The notes under the pieces: model-generated | Databases searched by the model: none | The model's input: the letters and a program-made list of their open reading frames with translations, nothing else | What the model was told of the DNA's origin: nothing | Position numbers and translations under genes: made by a program | Source: Hyphomicrobiales bacterium | Lineage (GTDB): Bacteria; Pseudomonadota; Alphaproteobacteria; Rhizobiales; Beijerinckiaceae | Direction of reading: 5' to 3' | DNA: 45,742 nt | Assembly: GCA_015655535.1 (NCBI GenBank) | Contig: JAATEW010000036.1 | Span: 1-45,742, forward strand | Part shown: positions 38,585 to 45,742 of the stretch, one piece after another | Position numbering within the stretch: position 1 is the stretch's first letter | Layout: every line of letters begins with the position of its first letter

Positions 38585-39880
38585 TCAACCCGTGGCGGTC
38601 TTTGAGTCCTTTTCCTTCACATCCGCCGGGCAATTTTGCGCCCGCGGATTTTGCCGGCCGCCCAGTTGACGTTTTTCTTCGTTCAAGAAATCCGCTTCAT
38701 GCCCGTTGATAACGGCCAATAGGAATCCGCCAAGCACGTTTTGCGCGCCAACGACCATCAGCGTCGTGCCGATGACGGCGGGCAGCATATTATCGATCGC
38801 CATGAAATGATGTTGAGACCAATAGGCAAGAATGAGAACAAGGACGCCAAAGCCCGTCATGAAGGCGGTACCGCCCGCGAGCAGCATGGTCTCCAGCGAG
38901 ATCCAACTTGCCACCCGCGCCTCCCATGGCGATGGATGCCTGTAGCCTTGCCGCCGCCCATAAAGATGAACGGCAACGGCGAGCAGGCCGGCTATATGGG
39001 CGAGCCCCAGCATGGCGCCTGCCATGATCACCCAGTAATTTCCGATCGGCGTGGCGCCTGCGAGCCCGCGAAGCGTCGCGATCCCGGCAAAGGACAGGAT
39101 CGCCACAGCGAAAATAGCGGCCAGGGCTGCCGGCGCCGCGAAGGCCCATGGACTCAGCATCAAGAGATAGCGCAGATGACGCCATCCATCCCGCCATGGC
39201 CGCAGATGCGGCGGACGATCGCGCAAATCACGCGACAGCGTTACCGGCACTTCGACGATCTTCAACTTCTTCAGCGCCGCTTTGATGATAAGCTCGCTGG
39301 CGAATTCCATTCCGCGTCCGGACAGGTCCAATCGCTCGAAGCTCGATTTGGTCAGCGCACGCAAACCGCAATGCGCATCGCTGACGCCGGCGCGAAAGAA
39401 AAGATTCAACACGAAGGTGAGCGCGGGATTGCCGATATAGCGGTTCTTCCAAGGCATGGCGCCTGGCTCTATGCGTCCTTTGAAGCGCGAGCCCATGCAG
39501 AGATCCGCGCTTTCCATGAGACGGCGGATCATTGCAACGCATTCGCGAAAATCATAGGAGCCGTCGGCGTCGCCCATCACCAGATAGGTTCCATTGGCCG
39601 CATCGAGGCCGCCGACAAGCGCCGCGCCATAACCGCGCCGCTCAACCTCGACGACCCGTACGCCGAGCGCCCGCGCGATCAATTGGCTGCCATCGGCGCT
39701 GCCATTGTCGGCGATGACGATCTCACCATTGAGACCGAGTTCGCGGCGCAAGGCCTCGACGGCTTGCTTGGCATTCGCAATACAGGCGGGCAGCCATTTG
39801 GCTTCATTGAGACAAGGCATGACGATTGTCACATCGGGCTTTGCGATGCCATCCGTCCCGATTGCTGCCAAGTTCGTCAT
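38585..39880 (-). CDS. GT2 polyprenol-phosphate glycosyltransferase (DPM1/GtrB-like) with C-terminal TM helices
   Basis: VMPCLNE, ADNGSADGS, RGYGAAL, GDADGSY, MGSRF, DAHCGLR, GMEFASE and HLRPWRDGWRHL, plus four TM segments. Confidence 0.88.
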   Translation of the reverse strand: MTNLAAIGTDGIAKPDVTIVMPCLNEAKWLPACIANAKQAVEALRRELGLNGEIVIADNGSADGSQLIARALGVRVVEVERRGYGAALVGGLDAANGTYLVMGDADGSYDFRECVAMIRRLMESADLCMGSRFKGRIEPGAMPWKNRYIGNPALTFVLNLFFRAGVSDAHCGLRALTKSSFERLDLSGRGMEFASELIIKAALKKLKIVEVPVTLSRDLRDRPPHLRPWRDGWRHLRYLLMLSPWAFAAPAALAAIFAVAILSFAGIATLRGLAGATPIGNYWVIMAGAMLGLAHIAGLLAVAVHLYGRRQGYRHPSPWEARVASWISLETMLLAGGTAFMTGFGVLVLILAYWSQHHFMAIDNMLPAVIGTTLMVVGAQNVLGGFLLAVINGHEADFLNEEKRQLGGRQNPRAQNCPADVKEKDSKTATG

Positions 39881-40055
39881 TATCGCCGTCTCGAAGAAGC
39901 CGAGCCGACGTTAGGCTTCACAGAGTTAGCGTTCCTTTAACTTCTGTCGTTCTCAAGGCTCTAAAATCGATGCTTGGGGTAAATCTTAACAAAAACTCAA
40001 GCATAGGGAGAATAAGGTCGGGCATGCGATACGCACGATCCCTGCCGGGATATTC

Positions 40056-41015
40056 ATGAGCACGGCTCCCTCTCCATCCACACCTTGGCTGAGCGTGATC
40101 ATGCCGGTCCATTGTGGAGAGCCATGGATCGAGGCCGCGCTGCAATCGATCGCGGCGGAGGAAGCCGACGGCATCGAGGTGCTGATCCTCGACAGCAGCC
40201 CATCGTCCAAGACCCTCGATCTTGCCGGGAATTATTCCGACCGCCTCAGGTTGCGCCTCTTCGAACGCCCCGACCTTTCGATGTGGCACGCCAAGACCAA
40301 TGTCGGGGCTGAGATCGCGCAAGCAGATCACCTCTGCTGGCTGCATCAAGATGATCTATGGCTTCCCGGACGTGCCTTGGCTGTTCGTTCATGGATCGAG
40401 ACGGCGCCGCAAGCGGCGCTTCACCTCGCGCCAGGCCTGATCGTCGATCGAAGCGGCCGCGCATTGGGAACATGGCGATGCCCCTTGCCTGAAAGCGCGC
40501 TTTCATCGGCTTTCGTGATGGAGCGGCTCCTGGTGCAGAATTTCATTTCGGCGCCAGCGCCGGTCTTCCGCAAGGATGCCTGGCTCGCCTGCGGCGGTCT
40601 CGACGAGACACTTTGGTACACGGCCGATTGGGACATTTGGCTCAGGCTCGCAGCCCGTGGCCCGGTGGTCTATCATAACGCCGTCACCACGGCCTTCCGT
40701 ATTCACGGCAGTTCGCAGACCGTCATGGGCAGCCGCGATACGAGCGATTTCGCCGACCAGATGCAGATCGTTTTCAATCGGCATCTGCCGGCCTTTCTCG
40801 GCCCTGCGAAAAGCGTCGAATGCGCTGGACGTGCTTCGATCGGCGTCAACACGGCTCTCGCTTCGGCCGCGGCCGGCGATTACAGCCGTCTCCTGCCTGC
40901 CCTCGCCGGCGTTTTGCGGCTTGGTCCCGCCGGCATCCGCCGTTACATGCGCGACTCGCGGATTCTGGACCGGGTCGTTCCGCGCGTGCGGGCCAAACTC
41001 GCGGGCGCTTTTTGA
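40056..41015 (+). CDS. GT2 glycosyltransferase (soluble)
   Basis: SVIMPVH, ILDSS, WLHQDDLW and GGLDETLWYTADWDIWLR. Confidence 0.88.
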   Translation: MSTAPSPSTPWLSVIMPVHCGEPWIEAALQSIAAEEADGIEVLILDSSPSSKTLDLAGNYSDRLRLRLFERPDLSMWHAKTNVGAEIAQADHLCWLHQDDLWLPGRALAVRSWIETAPQAALHLAPGLIVDRSGRALGTWRCPLPESALSSAFVMERLLVQNFISAPAPVFRKDAWLACGGLDETLWYTADWDIWLRLAARGPVVYHNAVTTAFRIHGSSQTVMGSRDTSDFADQMQIVFNRHLPAFLGPAKSVECAGRASIGVNTALASAAAGDYSRLLPALAGVLRLGPAGIRRYMRDSRILDRVVPRVRAKLAGAF

Positions 41016-41016
41016 C

Positions 41017-41472
41017 ATGAGTCTTGAATCGCCCATTCGCAGCGCTTTGATTTCGTCCGAACGCCCGGCCTATGCCGTCGCCCAGAGAACGGGACGTTAC
41101 ATGATCGTCGGCGCGATCTGTGCTGCAGTGCATAATGCGGTGATGATCCTCGGAGATCTGTCCGGAGCCTATTTTGTGGCGATGATGTTTCTTTCCTTCT
41201 CGATCGTCACGCCGCTCGGCTACGTATTGCATTCCAGTTTCACTTTTGGCGAAAGACGATCGCCTATGGGACTGCTGCGTTTCTTTATCGCCTCCTCAAT
41301 AGGATTTTCGCTGTTTTTCATTTCGATGCTGGTTCTTTGCACGGGATTGGGCTTACGCGCCGCTATAGCCACGCCGCTTGTAACCGGAATGCTTTTTCTC
41401 TGGAACTATGTTTCAGCCCATTGGGCTATCATCGGCCATATGCGGTTGTTCAAGCAGCCGCAGGGGAAATGA
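41017..41472 (+). CDS. gtrA: GtrA-family lipid-linked sugar flippase
   Basis: RYMIVGAI..VHN, YVLHSSFTF, LLRFF and WNY; four TM segments; ATG 1 nt after the GT2 stop. Confidence 0.82.
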   Translation: MSLESPIRSALISSERPAYAVAQRTGRYMIVGAICAAVHNAVMILGDLSGAYFVAMMFLSFSIVTPLGYVLHSSFTFGERRSPMGLLRFFIASSIGFSLFFISMLVLCTGLGLRAAIATPLVTGMLFLWNYVSAHWAIIGHMRLFKQPQGK

Positions 41473-41473
41473 A

Positions 41474-42403
41474 ATGGTCCCGACTCTTTGCCCGCCGATC
41501 GAGGGCTCGCAAACCGGCCAGAACGCGATATCCGGACCCGCGAATTGCCCTTCACCCGCCGATAGGCATTGCGATCTCTACAGCCTGGGCTCGTTTCAAG
41601 ACCGCAGCGGACTCTTCGGTCACGTCGAAGTGCTGCGCTGCCGTCATTGCGGCATAGGCATCAGCTATCCGCCAATTCCCGACGTTGCATTTCTATATGC
41701 GGACCGCGGCAGCCAGGATTTTCAGGCGGCCACAAACCAGGGGATTTCGCACTTCATCAAGCAGGTCGCATTCCGCAGAGAAGCGTCATCGCTACTGGCG
41801 TCGCTGCCCGAAAAGCCTGCGAGGATCATCGATTTCGGCTGCGGCAGCGGCTTGTTTACGCGATGTCTAGGCGATGAACTTCACGATGGCGAGGTCATTG
41901 GAATGGACTTCCATGCCGAAGCACCATCTGACCTGGCCGATCGCCCATATCGATCAATCGCCGCCGCCGCTCAGCTCACTCGAACGGCTGATCTCGTTCT
42001 CGCAATGCATGTGCTCGAACATGACGATGATGCAACCGGCTTGTTGAAACGGATCATGGCCTTTGCAAAACCAGAGGGTCGGATCGTGATCGAAGTGCCG
42101 AATATCGATTGTATCTGGACGGCCGTATTCGGCATCTATTGGGATGCTTGGTATCTGCCGTTTCACCGCAGCCATTTCAACAGAGCGAGTCTGCGGGCGC
42201 TCCTCACAGCGAATGGGCTGGTAATCGAACACGAAATCGACGTCTGCGTACCGACCATGGGACGTACGGTCGCGAATTACTTCGGCCGGGGCAACTCCCC
42301 GCGTTTCCTGTTTCTCGGCATCATCCTGCACCCCATTCAATGGCTGGCTGAGCGCTTATCTAAACGACCGTCGGCGCTGCGAATCATCGCACGCATGGGT
42401 TGA
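41474..42403 (+). CDS. Class I SAM-dependent methyltransferase with an N-terminal Cys cluster
   Basis: CP....HC and CRHCG; IDFGCGSG, HVLEH, IEVPN and PFHRSHF. Confidence 0.85.
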   Translation: MVPTLCPPIEGSQTGQNAISGPANCPSPADRHCDLYSLGSFQDRSGLFGHVEVLRCRHCGIGISYPPIPDVAFLYADRGSQDFQAATNQGISHFIKQVAFRREASSLLASLPEKPARIIDFGCGSGLFTRCLGDELHDGEVIGMDFHAEAPSDLADRPYRSIAAAAQLTRTADLVLAMHVLEHDDDATGLLKRIMAFAKPEGRIVIEVPNIDCIWTAVFGIYWDAWYLPFHRSHFNRASLRALLTANGLVIEHEIDVCVPTMGRTVANYFGRGNSPRFLFLGIILHPIQWLAERLSKRPSALRIIARMG

Positions 42404-42587
42404 ACGGCAGACCTTCGCCGCGGCCAAGCCTGTTCACCATGCAAGGCGCTTTTTGCCCTGCAGCATGTGCGAATCGAGACAGATCGCCTCTTCGTGATCG
42501 CAAAAACCGAACAAAACACTCGTTTTTGAATTGTTGAAATGGAACCAACCTGAAAGCGTGGTTTCGGATGATTTGGACAGGGAAATA

Positions 42588-43763
42588 ATGTCGCGGTCTC
42601 GGATTATTTTGATTTTGCTCGGTATCGCGGCCATTGGCGCCGCAGCGATGGCCTTGTCTGGCGCTACGACGCCCAAAACCGCCTCGCGCCCCGCGCCCGG
42701 CCCTGTTCCGGTCATGGCGGCCAAGGCGGAGGCCAAGGACGTTCCGATCATTTTACGGGGCCTAGGCACGGTGACGGCCTTCAATACCGTGATGCTCAAG
42801 AGCCGTGTCGAAGGTGCCATCACGCAGATCAACTTCAAAGAAGGCCAATATGTTCATACCGGCGATCTCCTGATCCAGATCGACCCGCGCCCGTTCCAGG
42901 CCGTGCTTGATCAGGCCCAAGCCAATCTCGCCAAGGATCAGGCCACCTTGGCCAATGCCAAGGTCGATCTGGCGCGCTATCAGGATCTCCTGAAGCATAG
43001 TTTCGCGCCCGAACAGCAGGTTGCGACGCAAAATACGACGGTCCAGACGACGCAAGCCGCCGTGCAAAGCGACGAAGCCATGATCAAGGCCGCGCAGCTC
43101 AATGTCGATTATGCGGCGGTGCGGTCGCCGATAGACGGCGTGACCGGCATTAGGCAGGTCGACATAGGCAATCTCATTCAGACGGGCGGCCAGCAGAATC
43201 TTGTGACGATTACCCAGATCGAGCCGATCTATGTCATCTTCACTCTGCCCGAGGCCGATATAGGCCGCGTTCGGCAGGCTATGAATGAGGGCACGCTGAA
43301 AGTCGAAGCCTATGCCTCCGACGATAAACGCAAACTTTCCGAAGGTGTTTTGGACTTGATCGACAATAGCGTCGATCAGGCGACGGGCACGGTCAAATTG
43401 AAAGCGGAATTCAAGAATGCGGACCGGGTTTTGTGGCCCGGCCAATTCGTCAATGCACATGCGGTTCTAAGGACGATTCAAAATGGGGTGACGATCCCGT
43501 CGGCCGCGGTGCAGACCGGGCCAAATGGCACATTCACCTATACGATCGACGAGCAGTCCAAAGTCAGCATGCAGCCGATCACAATTGTGCAGACGGAGTC
43601 CAACAGCGCTCTCGTCGGCGACGGCCTCAAGTCCGGCGATCAGGTTGTCACAGCGGGTCAATTCAGGCTGCAACCGGGCATCAAGGTTCAAGTCGAGGAA
43701 CATTTGGCGGATGCCGGTCAAACGCTGAGCGATGCGCCGGTCGGGACGACAGCCGCCCAATGA
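42588..43763 (+). CDS. RND efflux membrane fusion protein (MdtA/MuxA-like)
   Basis: GTVTAFNTV, IDPRPFQA, RSPIDGVTG, TGTVKLKA and LWPGQFV. Confidence 0.92.
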   Translation: MSRSRIILILLGIAAIGAAAMALSGATTPKTASRPAPGPVPVMAAKAEAKDVPIILRGLGTVTAFNTVMLKSRVEGAITQINFKEGQYVHTGDLLIQIDPRPFQAVLDQAQANLAKDQATLANAKVDLARYQDLLKHSFAPEQQVATQNTTVQTTQAAVQSDEAMIKAAQLNVDYAAVRSPIDGVTGIRQVDIGNLIQTGGQQNLVTITQIEPIYVIFTLPEADIGRVRQAMNEGTLKVEAYASDDKRKLSEGVLDLIDNSVDQATGTVKLKAEFKNADRVLWPGQFVNAHAVLRTIQNGVTIPSAAVQTGPNGTFTYTIDEQSKVSMQPITIVQTESNSALVGDGLKSGDQVVTAGQFRLQPGIKVQVEEHLADAGQTLSDAPVGTTAAQ

Positions 43764-45742
43764 ATATTTCCGCGCCCTTCATCCAGCGTCCGATCGCAAC
43801 CATCCTGCTGATGACGGCACTCCTCGTCGGCGGCAGCATCGGCTATAATCTTCTGCCCGTCGCGGCTTTGCCGAGCGTCGATTTTCCGACGATCTCAGTC
43901 AGCGCGCAGTTGCCCGGTGCCGATCCGAACACCATGGCCTCCGCTGTAGCGCAGCCGCTGGAGCGGCAGTTCGCGCAGATCCCAGGTGTCAATCAGATCA
44001 CCTCGGCGAGCGTGCTCGGCACGACCAATATCACGCTGCAGTTCGATCTCAGCCGCAATATCGACGGCGCGGCGGGCGACGTGCAGCAGGCGATCAACGC
44101 GGCGCAAGGCTTTCTGCCGAAAAACCTGCCGAACCCGCCGACCTTCCGTAAGGTGAATCCGGCCGATCAGCCGATCTTGATCTTAGGGCTAACGTCGGAT
44201 TCCATGCCGCTGACGCAGCTCGATCAATTCGCCGACCTCAATGTCGCGCAACGCATTTCGACCTTGAACGGCGTCGGGCAGGTCTCGATCTTCGGCCAGC
44301 AGAAATATGCGCCGACGATCATGATCAATCCGCTCTCGCTCGCAGCCCGCGGCATCGGCCTCGACGATATAGCGAACGCGGTGACCTCCACCACGGCGAA
44401 CCTTCCCGTCGGCACGCTGCAAGGCCCAACGCAATCCTATCAGATCGCCACCAATGGCCAGCTCTTCCTGCCGGCGCAGATCGCCAAAGCCATCGTCACC
44501 TATCGCAATGGCGCGCCTGTCCGCCTCGGCGACGTCGCGCAAGTGACGGCGGGCGTGGACAGTCCCTTGCAGGCGAGCTGGATCGGCGCCGCGCGCGGCG
44601 AGATGATCGGCATCTGGCGGCAGCCTGGCGCCAATACGCTCGAACTGGTCGATCAATTGAAGGCCATGCTGCCGACCTTGCAGGCGGGCATTCCTCCGGC
44701 CATCAAGATTTCGATTGTCAGCGACCGCTCGATTTCGATCCGCGACAGTTTCTCCGATGTGAAGATCACGCTCCTGGGCACGATCGTGCTGGTGATCATC
44801 GTCAGCTTTATTTTCTTGCGCGAGGTTTGGGCGACGATCATCCCGGCGCTGACGGTGCCTCTCTCGCTCGTTGGCACTTTCGCGGTGATGTATGCCTTTG
44901 GCTACAGCCTCGACAATCTGTCGCTTATGGCTCTGACGCTCGCGGTGGGCCTCGTCGTCGACGACGCGATCGTGATGCTCGAGAATATCTTCCGCCATCT
45001 GGAAATGGGCAAGGACAAGCTTACGGCGGAGCTCGACGGATCGAAGGAGATCGGCTTCACGATCGTCTCGATCACCATATCGCTAATCGCCGTTTTCATT
45101 CCCCTGCTCTTCATGGCCGGCATCGTCGGCCGCCTGTTCCGCGAATTCGGCGTGACGGTTACGGTCGCGATCGTGCTTTCGGCTTTCATCGCGCTCACAT
45201 TGTCGCCGATGATTGCGGCGCTCGTTTTGAAAAATCCGCATACCGTCAAACGCGGCCGGCTTTACGAATTGAGCGAGCGCGGCTTCGAGAAGCTCGTCAA
45301 TGGCTACGAACGCATTTTGAAATTGTCGTTGCGCTATCGTGCGCCGGTGATGATCCTGAACATCGCCTTGATCGGCGTCTCCATGTATTTCTTCGTCACC
45401 ATGCCGAAGGGTTTCTTCCCGCAGGAAGACACCGGCATGCTCTCCGGCTTCACGCAGGCTGACCAGGACATTTCCTTCGACGGCATGAAAGACCGGCAGG
45501 AGGCGGCCTTGAAGGTCGTCATGCAGGATCCAGACGTGCTGGCCGTCGGCAGCTCGATCGGCGGCAATTCCAGTTCGGGCTTCAATACGGGCCGCATGTT
45601 CATTCAGCTCAAAGCGGTCGGAGAACGGCACGCCAATGCCGACCAGATCATCCAGCGCATGCGCGTGAAGCTCATGAAGATTCCGGGCATCGTGACCTAT
45701 CTGCAATCGGTCCAAAACATCCAGCTCGGCGGCCGTCTGTCG
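43760..45742 (+). CDS. RND efflux permease (MdtB/MdtC-like), runs off the right edge
   Basis: Hand-translated: MNISAPFIQRPIATILLM...LPVAALPSVDFPTI...GLVVDDAIVMLENI...KGFFPQEDTG; ATGA overlap with the MFP gene; not in the ORF track. Confidence 0.93.
   Translation, partial: MNISAPFIQRPIATILLMTALLVGGSIGYNLLPVAALPSVDFPTISVSAQLPGADPNTMASAVAQPLERQFAQIPGVNQITSASVLGTTNITLQFDLSRNIDGAAGDVQQAINAAQGFLPKNLPNPPTFRKVNPADQPILILGLTSDSMPLTQLDQFADLNVAQRISTLNGVGQVSIFGQQKYAPTIMINPLSLAARGIGLDDIANAVTSTTANLPVGTLQGPTQSYQIATNGQLFLPAQIAKAIVTYRNGAPVRLGDVAQVTAGVDSPLQASWIGAARGEMIGIWRQPGANTLELVDQLKAMLPTLQAGIPPAIKISIVSDRSISIRDSFSDVKITLLGTIVLVIIVSFIFLREVWATIIPALTVPLSLVGTFAVMYAFGYSLDNLSLMALTLAVGLVVDDAIVMLENIFRHLEMGKDKLTAELDGSKEIGFTIVSITISLIAVFIPLLFMAGIVGRLFREFGVTVTVAIVLSAFIALTLSPMIAALVLKNPHTVKRGRLYELSERGFEKLVNGYERILKLSLRYRAPVMILNIALIGVSMYFFVTMPKGFFPQEDTGMLSGFTQADQDISFDGMKDRQEAALKVVMQDPDVLAVGSSIGGNSSSGFNTGRMFIQLKAVGERHANADQIIQRMRVKLMKIPGIVTYLQSVQNIQLGGRLS

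Noticed and set aside
40576-41016. N-terminal extension of the 298-aa gtrA ORF
   Set aside because: It overlaps the GT2 gene out of frame; the GtrA-like sequence starts at ATG 41017.
42541-42564. EcfG-like promoter before the RND operon (GGAAC...GTTT)
   Set aside because: The spacer is two bases shorter than the consensus matched at 30303-30327.

Overview
GC-rich alphaproteobacterial chromosome segment. Gene content, CtrA and EcfG motifs and the intergenic repeat families suggest Hyphomicrobiales, possibly Beijerinckiaceae-like; the taxon is an inference. From left to right the window holds: (1) a window-truncated secreted protein with pepsin-like aspartic protease motifs that the ORF track misses; (2) housekeeping genes ppx, ppk1, lolD/lolE, proS, rluC, crcB, hdaA, an AI-2E permease, a CDP-alcohol phosphatidyltransferase, purM and purN, with small inserted genes among them; (3) a sulfonate cluster in which ssuD is divergent from ssuA-ssuA-ssuC-ssuB, with no ssuE; (4) an accessory stretch with a small Cys-His-Asp protein, cspA, a histone-like protein, an orphan TRAP DctP translationally coupled to a chemoreceptor, a TDT/SLAC1 channel, a Rieske-reductase fusion behind an EcfG-type promoter and a flavin disulfide reductase; (5) a ~10.6 kb glycosylation island with wcaJ behind a perfect CtrA box, hldE-hldD-gmhB, a GT-C, a DPM1/GtrB-like GT2, a second GT2, gtrA and a methyltransferase; (6) a truncated MdtAB-like RND pump. 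Many short palindromic or MITE-like repeats lie between genes, and several overlap stop codons. The best candidates for an undescribed system are the DctP-MCP sensory pair, whose DctP has a charge-reversed transporter-docking motif, and the ADP-heptose plus GtrABC-like glycosylation island. No tRNA, rRNA, CRISPR array, transposase or integrase was seen.
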